NCBI GenBank assembly: GCA_964574685.1
Contig: CAZNOI010000005.1
Coordinates: 1,493 to 65,492 of the forward strand
Reading direction: 5' to 3'
DNA length: 64,000 nucleotides
Source: an uncultured Dehalococcoidia bacterium
GTDB taxonomy: Bacteria > Chloroflexota > Dehalococcoidia > SZUA-161
The notes under the pieces were generated by a model. The model had not been told where the DNA came from, ran no database searches, and worked only from the letters and a program-made list of their open reading frames with translations. The position numbers were made by a program, and so were the translations under genes. This document shows positions 18,802 to 26,078 of this stretch, in pieces. How positions within the stretch are numbered: the stretch's first letter is position 1; each line of letters starts with the position of its first letter.

Positions 18802-20343
18802 ATGGAAGGCGACCGCATGAAGCGCAGGCTGGCCGAGCTCGACGGCATGAGGCGCAGGCTGGCACAGGGCGGCCCCTCCGAGGAGGTGCAGGCCCATCAT
18901 GCCAAAGGTAAGCTGACTGCGCGCGAGCGGATTCACCGGCTGCTCGACCCCGGCACCTTCACCGAGCTGGACATCTGGGGCACTCCGATGGAGATCGGCG
19001 CGATCAGCGACTACCTCAGGGCCCCCGCCGACGCCGTGGCCGTAGGGTACGGCGAGGTGCAGGGCCGTCCCGTGTTCGTCTGGGCGCAGGACGCGACCGT
19101 CATGCACGGCACCGTCGGCACCATGCACGCCCGCAAGATCGCGATGGTGATGGAGAAGGCGCTGCAGGCCCGCGTGCCCATCGTGGGCATGATCGACTCC
19201 GAAGGGCCGCGCGCGGGCGACGCGGTGCAGTACTATCGCTTCTACTCGCCGGAGGCCTTTGCCCGCTTCCAGACAATGGCCTCGGGCGTGATACCGCAGC
19301 TCGCGCTGGTGATGGGGCCGTGCGTCGGCGAGATGGCCGTTGTGGCCCGGCTGTCGGATTTCGTATTCATGGTCGACGGGACGAGCCATATGCATATCGC
19401 CGAGCTTCCCGGCCACATCGTGCCCGGCGAGGTGGGAAGCCCCGGCGTCCACTCGACGGACACGGGCTGCTGCGACTACCTGGCCGGGGACGACGAGGAG
19501 TGCCTGCAGCAGTGCCGTATGCTGCTGGGGTACCTCCCGTCGAGCAACCGCGAGGGGCCGCCCGTGCTGGATACGGGCGATCCCCCGGACAGGAGAGAGA
19601 GGGAGCTGCTGACGCTCGTGCCTTTCGACGCGAAGCAGGCCTTCAGCATGCACCGCGTCATCTCACTGGTCGTGGACAACGGCAGGCTGTTCGAGGTGAA
19701 GAAGGACTGGGCGAGGAACCTGATAACAGGCTTCGCCCGGCTCGCGGGCCAGACCGTGGGCATCGTGGCCAACAACCCCGAGGTGATGGGCGGGTCGCTG
19801 ACGCTGGACGCCGCGGACAAGATGGCTGGGTTCGTCCGCTTCTGCGACGCGTTCAACAGCCCGCTGGTCTGGCTGGCCGACACCCCCGCGTTCCTGCCAG
19901 CGGTGGACGAGGAGACCAGGGGGCTGATCCGGCACGGGTGCAAGCTCGTGTTCTCCAACGTGGAGTGCACCGTGCCCCAGATCACGGTGGCGATCAGGAA
20001 GCTGTACGGCGGCGGTGGGGTGGCCATGCCCGGAACAACGCTCGGCGGCGACGTCGATGTTGCGTGGCCGACGGTGGAGAGGGGGCTGATGGGTGGGGAG
20101 GGGGCGGTCTCGATCATCTACAAGCGCGAGCTTGCGGCCATCGAGGACGAGAAGGCCAGGGCGGCGCAGAGGTCGAGGCGCGTTGTGCAGATGAAGGACA
20201 AGTTCAAGTCACTGGAGAGGGAATGGGCGCAGGACTTCATCGACCCGCGCGACACGAGGCCGTATTTGATACGGGCGTTGCGAAATCTGTCCCACAGGCA
20301 GGAGCCGAGGCCCCGCCGCAAGCACGAGAACATGAGGCTGTAG
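18802..20343 (+). CDS. Acyl-CoA carboxylase carboxyltransferase (beta) subunit, paralog 1
   Basis: GKLTARERI..LLDPGTF, NLITGFARLAG, FVRFCDAFN.P, IIDP/FIDPRDTR-type ending. Confidence 0.92.
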   Translation: MEGDRMKRRLAELDGMRRRLAQGGPSEEVQAHHAKGKLTARERIHRLLDPGTFTELDIWGTPMEIGAISDYLRAPADAVAVGYGEVQGRPVFVWAQDATVMHGTVGTMHARKIAMVMEKALQARVPIVGMIDSEGPRAGDAVQYYRFYSPEAFARFQTMASGVIPQLALVMGPCVGEMAVVARLSDFVFMVDGTSHMHIAELPGHIVPGEVGSPGVHSTDTGCCDYLAGDDEECLQQCRMLLGYLPSSNREGPPVLDTGDPPDRRERELLTLVPFDAKQAFSMHRVISLVVDNGRLFEVKKDWARNLITGFARLAGQTVGIVANNPEVMGGSLTLDAADKMAGFVRFCDAFNSPLVWLADTPAFLPAVDEETRGLIRHGCKLVFSNVECTVPQITVAIRKLYGGGGVAMPGTTLGGDVDVAWPTVERGLMGGEGAVSIIYKRELAAIEDEKARAAQRSRRVVQMKDKFKSLEREWAQDFIDPRDTRPYLIRALRNLSHRQEPRPRRKHENMRL

Positions 20344-20366
20344 GGGGTGGGCTTCGCCCACCCTAC
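20340..20366. repeat. GTAG-type REP palindrome shared by two convergent stop codons
   Basis: GTAGGGGGTGGGCTTCGCCCACCCTAC; both terminal GTAGs contain a gene's TAG stop. Confidence 0.85.
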
Positions 20367-20743
20367 TCCAGGTCGACGAGCGCGTCGATGAGAAAAACGA
20401 TACCAAAGATGATGCTAGCGGAACCGAGGAATCTTATGAACAGTACATTCGCCCATGATGGGATTAGTCGCAGACGTACCAGCTTCTTAGACCTGTCGTC
20501 GTAGAACCCCGACCACCTGTATACTCTGAACAACCAGTTCCTAGAGGCCATTGCCTCGACCTCCTTCACCTCCAGCCAGCGGAAGAACCTTGGGGCCAGG
20601 CACGCGAAGATTAGCCCACCCACGATCGCTACCACCCCAACCCACCACTCGCTTGGGTGGATGGAGCCGTCCACAGGTTGAGCAGGACCAACCGTCGCGA
20701 TGTCTGCTACCACCTTTCCTATTCCAAACGTGAGGCAAATCAC
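20363..20743 (-). CDS. Small hypothetical membrane protein (two TM segments)
   Basis: Hydrophobic WWVGVVAIVGGLIFACL and VLFIRFLGSASIIFGIVFL; fills the space between REP elements. Start codon uncertain. Confidence 0.6.
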   Translation of the reverse strand: MICLTFGIGKVVADIATVGPAQPVDGSIHPSEWWVGVVAIVGGLIFACLAPRFFRWLEVKEVEAMASRNWLFRVYRWSGFYDDRSKKLVRLRLIPSWANVLFIRFLGSASIIFGIVFLIDALVDLE

Positions 20744-20795
20744 AGGCCGCTCTCCACGACTGTGCTCCTTTCGCTCTTCTGCCTACCACAGCATA

Positions 20796-20850
20796 GTAGG
20801 GTGGGTGCAGCGAAGCGGAACCCACCGTCTTAGTGTTGCCCCAGGCCTAC
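20796..20850. repeat. REP doublet, internally deleted copy
   Basis: GTAGGGTGGGTGCAGCGAAGCGGAACCCACC followed by GTCTTAGTGTTGCCCCAGGCCTAC. Confidence 0.85.
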
Positions 20851-21215
20851 AAGAAGAACCAGAGCCATATGTGAAAGAACAGGAAAGCTGCAGCCGTGAG
20901 TACAGATGATACAATAGCGGCTCGCCTTCCTGATATACTCTTCGCCATCCACCAAGCAAGGTAACCAACCGGCAGCATAGACAGGAACAGTAAGATACGC
21001 CACGACAACTCCTCGGCCTCGGACCATCCCTCGGAGAGGAATGTCCCATAGAAGCCCCACGCGAAAAACAACGCTTGGTACAGCGCTTGGGCCAGCAAGA
21101 AGCTGGCACCGATCGCAAGCAGTAATCGCAGTTTGCGCGGTATGCTGAGTCTAGGGAGGATGTGCCCTGGCCGGCGCATGTTTAGACCTCTGCTCCTCAT
21201 CCATCGCGCTTGCAT
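20847..21215 (-). CDS. Small hypothetical membrane protein (three TM segments)
   Basis: Three hydrophobic stretches; bounded by REP elements. Confidence 0.65.
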   Translation of the reverse strand: MQARWMRSRGLNMRRPGHILPRLSIPRKLRLLLAIGASFLLAQALYQALFFAWGFYGTFLSEGWSEAEELSWRILLFLSMLPVGYLAWWMAKSISGRRAAIVSSVLTAAAFLFFHIWLWFFL

Positions 21216-21218
21216 CCC

Positions 21219-21294
21219 GGTGGGGTAGGTGGAGCGGAGCGGAACCCACCACCGCCGCCTTGCCCCACGCCGTGGTGGGCTTCGCCCACCCTAC
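21219..21294. repeat. REP doublet (REPIN-like, about 75 bp)
   Basis: GGTGGGGTAGGTGGAGCGGAGCGGAACCCACC-ACCGCCGCCTTGCCCCACGCCGT-GGTGGGCTTCGCCCACCCTAC; near-identical to 21875-21949. Confidence 0.9.
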
Positions 21295-21309
21295 AATTCT
21301 TGCGCCCAT

Positions 21310-21873
21310 CTACGGGAAAGCTAGCATCTTGTCGGCGGCAGCCCTGAACGCCCGGTAATACCACCACAGGCCGGGAAACAACGGCATCATGGGGGTCTTC
21401 CGCGAGTAGTGGAGGGTGCGCGATGACACGTCGCTGACCACCGGGAACTCAGAACCTCGAAGCCAGTGCCACGGAGGACTGGTCGTGCGCATGTGCCGCT
21501 CGATTGCTGGGTCTATGCCGTTGACCACGATTGTGGGAAAACATACAAAGTTCTGGTAATGGCCCAGGAGTATGTCACGCATGGGAGAGTGGCGGGTGAA
21601 CCGGGCATACCTGAAGCTGATCCAGCCCAGATACTCCAGAACGCCTGTGGTCTCCCAGGGAACCGTCTGCCTTCGCGGAGTTGTGAACACGAAGAACGTG
21701 TTGACCCAGGTGAGCAGCTTCGGATGGAACCTGTCAGCGCGTGCGACTAGCGGGAAGACCTCACCATCGAACTCAACGTAGCTCTGAAGCAGGAAGCCGT
21801 TGGCCTCCAGTCTCCCGGCTACCGCCGATATGTACTCGTCTATCTTCTTGTCTTCATCCATGATGATCAGCAT
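21310..21873 (-). CDS. Hypothetical protein
   Basis: 187-aa ORF with globular-looking composition, between REP doublets; no family recognised. Confidence 0.7.
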   Translation of the reverse strand: MLIIMDEDKKIDEYISAVAGRLEANGFLLQSYVEFDGEVFPLVARADRFHPKLLTWVNTFFVFTTPRRQTVPWETTGVLEYLGWISFRYARFTRHSPMRDILLGHYQNFVCFPTIVVNGIDPAIERHMRTTSPPWHWLRGSEFPVVSDVSSRTLHYSRKTPMMPLFPGLWWYYRAFRAAADKMLAFP

Positions 21874-21874
21874 G

Positions 21875-21949
21875 GTAGGGTGGGTGAAGCGAAGCGGAAC
21901 CCACCACCTCCGCCTTGCCCCACGCCGTGGTGGGCTTCGCCCACCCTAC
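21875..21949. repeat. REP doublet (REPIN-like, 75 bp, most complete copy)
   Basis: GTAGGGTGGGTGAAGCGAAGCGGAACCCACC + 23-nt spacer + GGTGGGCTTCGCCCACCCTAC, with GTAG facing outward at both ends. Confidence 0.92.
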
Positions 21950-22698
21950 TCACAATCTATCTTATGAGCAATTAATCTCCCCTCTGTAACCCTGAAACTC
22001 AAGGTCATTCTTACCAAAGATGTAGGTGGATCAGCAACAGCAGTTAAATCAAATCGCCATCCTTCGGTTTGGCGAATAGCATCTGAAATGACTGTATTAT
22101 CATCTTCATTTAGCATCCATTCAGGCCCTAATTGGCTAGATTCATCGCCGTCAGCACGATAAAGATAGAACATGTCTGGATCAGTCTGCCCACAGGCAAA
22201 CAAATCAAATGTTATTGGCTCACCATACCTTACATTATGTGTTTGCTGAAATGGCCTGTTATTATCATGCAGACGATGCAAAACAATAGGGAAAGCCGTT
22301 GAAATCAATGGTGTGGGATTGGTGATTTGAACACATACATTTTTCGCACATGTATTCTGTTTTGTATTCTCAACGGTGACATACCATCTAGGCAACTCAT
22401 TGGTATCAACATCATCCAATCGCTGAAATGGGCCATTTATTTTCAATACCGTCGTTTGTTTCTCATAATTATTGACTCTCCTCTGCAACTTAATTCCAGC
22501 TATGAGAAATAATATAGCTGGTATAGCAATGAACCATATTAAGTCTGCTTTTGACAGCCACTTCGATAAGTCCAGGAATTGGGGAGTAGTAGGGTAGGCT
22601 GCTATTATCAACAAGTGCAGCACATCCCACCACCCAACGGCAGATTCCAACTTGCTCGCTGGTCGAATTGCCAACCAAATAAATTTGAGGATTGCCAT
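21946..22698 (-). CDS. Hypothetical low-GC protein with N-terminal membrane anchor
   Basis: 250-aa ORF; about 40 percent GC in a hand-counted 60-nt line, against a GC-rich background; two N-terminal hydrophobic helices. Confidence 0.75.
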   Translation of the reverse strand: MAILKFIWLAIRPASKLESAVGWWDVLHLLIIAAYPTTPQFLDLSKWLSKADLIWFIAIPAILFLIAGIKLQRRVNNYEKQTTVLKINGPFQRLDDVDTNELPRWYVTVENTKQNTCAKNVCVQITNPTPLISTAFPIVLHRLHDNNRPFQQTHNVRYGEPITFDLFACGQTDPDMFYLYRADGDESSQLGPEWMLNEDDNTVISDAIRQTEGWRFDLTAVADPPTSLVRMTLSFRVTEGRLIAHKIDCE

Positions 22699-22798
22699 GC
22701 AAGTACTCTATCAGGCTTTAGCCTTGCATCAAGTAGATAACCTCGCAATAATCCATAGAAAGCTAATGACCATTGTCGTCGACTCCCAACCACAAGAC

Positions 22799-22914
22799 GG
22801 TGGGTCGAGCGGAGCTCACCACCCCAGGTTGATCATCTGGTGAGAATGTCTCAGTATCGTATCAGAATCGCTGGGGCTTCTCAAGGGGTGGGTAGTTGGA
22901 GCTGCGCTGCCTAC
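22799..22914. repeat. Degenerate REP pair
   Basis: GGTGGGTCGAGCGGAGCTCACCACC at 22799 and GGTGGGTAGTTGGAGCTGCGCTGCCTAC ending at 22914. Confidence 0.65.
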
Positions 22915-24161
22915 GCGAAGTACTGCATGGTGGCGTCGGGCACCAGCGCCACCCTCGCGCGGTCGCCGTGCCGCCTGGTCAGCCTGTCCAGGACCTCGGG
23001 CCAGGTCTTGGCCCACACGATGGACTCGGGGGTCGCCAGCCAGTCGGCCCCGGCTATGTCGATGTGCGGGGTCAGGACTATGAAGTTATTGATATCACTG
23101 GGCGGCGGCGACGGCGGGCTCCACAGCCTGCCGCCCATCCCTTTCCCGGAGCTCCTCACCAGGTAGTGCGTCACCTGCCCCTCGGGGGCGTTGGCGATGA
23201 ACACGACGTCTACCCCGTTCTTGCTCAGCAGCGGCCCCAGCGTGGGCACCGCCAGCACAACCTCGCTGGCCTTGCTGTACGCGTTCAGGATGACGATGTC
23301 CGAGCCCTCGACGGCTTTCGTGGCGTAGACCTCCCTGGCGAGCCTGACGCCCCCGGCGTGGGCCTGCTCGTGAGCCCCCGCGAACAGCGCGGCAGTCTGA
23401 CCCCTGCCGTTCACCACTGTGTCGACCTTGAAGTCCAGCCCCGCCATGCGGGCCGCCTCCTCGATGTCCCGCCGCATGTAGTTGCTCTCGAATGTGGCCA
23501 GGCCGATTCCTGGGTCCCTGCCCTCGGTGAGCAGCCTCATCACCAGGTCCCTGTGGTGGGCGGCCATGCTGTCGATGGAGGCGACGCCGGGCAGGATGAT
23601 CTTGCCGCCGCCGCCGAACCCGGTCAGGGGGTGGGGCAGGATCGAGCCGAACCCGATCTTGAGGTCGCACGCCATGACCTCGCTGTTGATCGAGACAGGG
23701 GTGCCCAGGCTGGTCTCCCCGAGGTAGGTGCAGTTCTCGTAAGGGTTGTGGTTGTAGACGGGGAACCTGTCGAGCACCGCCTCGCCCAGCTTCTTGACGA
23801 AGTCGTGCCGCGTCAGCGCGCCGTGGGCCCCGACGGCGGCGATGAAGCGGACGCCCTCGTCCCTGACCCCGGCAGCCTCAAGCTCCTCCAGGACGTAAGG
23901 CAGTATGTCCGCGACGCGGGTGGGCCTGGTCATGTCGTCGAAGATGATGGCGATCTCGCGTTTGCCTCTGGCCAGCTCGCGGATCGGGCGCGTGCCGATG
24001 GGGTTGGCTACGGCCTGCCTGATCTCGTCCGGCGACAGCGGCGGCCTGTCGTGGCCCGCCATGCGGCAGACGCTCACCTCCCACGCGGCCGGGAACTGCA
24101 GATCGAGCTCGTCGTCCTGGTACCACGCCAGTTGAGGAACTCGAACGCTGATCGTGCTCAT
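22911..24161 (-). CDS. LarA-family nickel-pincer racemase/epimerase (DUF2088)
   Basis: IIFDDMTRPT, GAHG, NHNP, ILPHPLTGFGGGGKIILPGVA. Confidence 0.85.
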   Translation of the reverse strand: MSTISVRVPQLAWYQDDELDLQFPAAWEVSVCRMAGHDRPPLSPDEIRQAVANPIGTRPIRELARGKREIAIIFDDMTRPTRVADILPYVLEELEAAGVRDEGVRFIAAVGAHGALTRHDFVKKLGEAVLDRFPVYNHNPYENCTYLGETSLGTPVSINSEVMACDLKIGFGSILPHPLTGFGGGGKIILPGVASIDSMAAHHRDLVMRLLTEGRDPGIGLATFESNYMRRDIEEAARMAGLDFKVDTVVNGRGQTAALFAGAHEQAHAGGVRLAREVYATKAVEGSDIVILNAYSKASEVVLAVPTLGPLLSKNGVDVVFIANAPEGQVTHYLVRSSGKGMGGRLWSPPSPPPSDINNFIVLTPHIDIAGADWLATPESIVWAKTWPEVLDRLTRRHGDRARVALVPDATMQYFA

Positions 24162-24251
24162 GGGGGTCAGCTCTGTGGCCGTGCGTTCCGGGTGCGAGGA
24201 TTATGAGGCAACGTTGGGTTGGCGTCAACGCCCGCCCGGGGGGAGCAGAAT

Positions 24252-24282
24252 GGTGGGTTCCGCTGCGCTTCACCCACCTTAC
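24252..24282 (-). repeat. Single REP copy
   Basis: Minus strand reads GTAAGGTGGGTGAAGCGCAGCGGAACCCACC. Confidence 0.85.
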
Positions 24283-24390
24283 GCCTGGTGTTGGAGGGAG
24301 TCCCGGGGCAAGGGCACTTCGCCGAATCGTTCCTACAACGTTCGGGGCTGCGGGGGGCTAAGCCCTCGGAACGCACGCGGACGGGAGATT

Positions 24391-24427
24391 GGGGGCGCAT
24401 GGCCATGCACCCCTGCAGTTATCCTAC
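24391..24427 (-). repeat. Second-family REP-like palindrome
   Basis: GGGGCGCATGG/CCATGCACCCC hairpin with a GTAG 5' of it on the minus strand. Confidence 0.45.
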
Positions 24428-24467
24428 CCTGGGCCGGACCCTTTTTCGATCGATTCGGGACAGTGCT

Positions 24468-26063
24468 CTAGAGAGGCACCAGCGAGTGCTTCCGCCAGGG
24501 AGTGGTAGGCTCCAGCTTCTTGGACAGCCGCTCGAAGGTGTTGATCAGGACGGGCCGCGTCTTGCGCGGGTCGATGATGTCGTCAGCCCCCTGGACACCG
24601 GCCAGGTGGTAGGCCGTAGCGAACTGGTCATGGACCACCTGCATCTTGTCCTGGCGCACCTGCTCGGGGTTGTCGACGGCCGCGATCTCCGAGCCGTACA
24701 GTGCATCCGCTGAGCGCTCGTAGCCCTCGACCCGCATATCGGCGGTCGGCCAGGCATACACGGCGTCCACACCCATTCTCTCGGTCCCCATGAGCAGGCG
24801 GGCCGCTCCCCAGCACCGCCTTATGTATACGGTGATCATCGGGGTTGTCGCCTCACAGATGGCGAACACCGGCTTGGCGGCGTTGCGCTCCAGGCCGTCC
24901 CTGTTCTGCTCCTGCTCGACGTCGGGCAGGAAGCCGGGGCTGTCCACCAGGAAGACGATGGGTATGTTGTAGCAGTCGCAGAACCGGACAAACCTCGCCT
25001 GCTTGTCGCAGCTATACACAGTCAGGGCGCCCTCCTGCACCGCCGGGTTGTTGGCGACAATGCCGACCGGCTGCCCTGCGAGCCTGGCGAAGCCTATCAG
25101 CATGCTCGGCGCGTACAGTGCCTGAAGCTCGAAGAAATGGCCGTTGTCCACTACGGAGGCGATGACCTCGTGCATGTCGTACGGCTTCGATACGTCGGGC
25201 GGCACGATGTCCAGCAGCTTGTCGTCGGCGCGTCTCGGGTCGTCGCCCGTGTCCGCAAGGGGCGCCTTCTCCTTCCAGTTGGAAGGAAGGAAGCTCAGCA
25301 GCTCGCGGCACTTCTCGATGGCCTCCTCGTCGCTGTCCACCAGGATATCGTTGGAGCCGGTGGTCTCCGAATGGAGCAGCGCGCCGCCGATCTCCTCCTC
25401 GGTCACATCGACGAACGTGACAGCCTTGAGGATTGGCGGTGACGCCACCGACATGAAGGCGATGTTGCGGCGCATGATGACGAAGTCGGCCATAATCGGC
25501 GAGTACGCCGACCCCGCGTAGCAGGGGCCGAGCATCAGGCTGATGTGGGGCACGACTCCTGACATCAGCGGTGGGTAGTACATGAAGCCGCCGCCCCCGC
25601 CGACCGGGCTCCCCCTTACCGGGACCTTGAACCCGCCCGTGCCGAACAGGTCATGGATTCGAATCGCGCCGGAATCTACCATACCCACGAGGGGTATGCC
25701 TTCCTCCATCGCCTGCTCCATGGCGCGGGCAACTTTGGAGTTCTGGATGGTGGACTGCGTGCCGGCCAGCACTGTGAAGTCGTGGGCGTAGGAGTAGACC
25801 AGCCGCCCGTTGACCTCGCCGTAGCCTACTATGACCGAGTCCCTGGGCAACTCCCTCTGGTCGATGTCGAATCCGGTCTTCATCGGCTGCGTCCAGATGC
25901 CGATCTCTTGGAATGTGCCCGGATCGTACAGCTTCTGAATCCGCTCCCAGGCGGTGAGCTTCCCCTTGCCGTGCTGCTTCTCCGTTTCCGCAGGCCCGCC
26001 GCCTGGCTCCAGGCGCTTTCTGTTCTCCTCCAGCTTCTTGAGAAGGTCTCGCATATCAGCCAT
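24468..26063 (-). CDS. Acyl-CoA carboxylase carboxyltransferase subunit, paralog 2
   Basis: GKLTAWERI, GPCYAGSAYSP, FVRFCDCYNIP, IIDPRKTR. Confidence 0.92.
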   Translation of the reverse strand: MADMRDLLKKLEENRKRLEPGGGPAETEKQHGKGKLTAWERIQKLYDPGTFQEIGIWTQPMKTGFDIDQRELPRDSVIVGYGEVNGRLVYSYAHDFTVLAGTQSTIQNSKVARAMEQAMEEGIPLVGMVDSGAIRIHDLFGTGGFKVPVRGSPVGGGGGFMYYPPLMSGVVPHISLMLGPCYAGSAYSPIMADFVIMRRNIAFMSVASPPILKAVTFVDVTEEEIGGALLHSETTGSNDILVDSDEEAIEKCRELLSFLPSNWKEKAPLADTGDDPRRADDKLLDIVPPDVSKPYDMHEVIASVVDNGHFFELQALYAPSMLIGFARLAGQPVGIVANNPAVQEGALTVYSCDKQARFVRFCDCYNIPIVFLVDSPGFLPDVEQEQNRDGLERNAAKPVFAICEATTPMITVYIRRCWGAARLLMGTERMGVDAVYAWPTADMRVEGYERSADALYGSEIAAVDNPEQVRQDKMQVVHDQFATAYHLAGVQGADDIIDPRKTRPVLINTFERLSKKLEPTTPWRKHSLVPL

Positions 26064-26078
26064 CTGTTTCCTCCTGGA

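Noticed and set aside
20340-22914. Classical integron attC cassette array
   Set aside because: The repeats lack RYYYAAC and GTTRRRY core ends, carry GTAG-hairpin REP signatures instead, and no intI is in the window.
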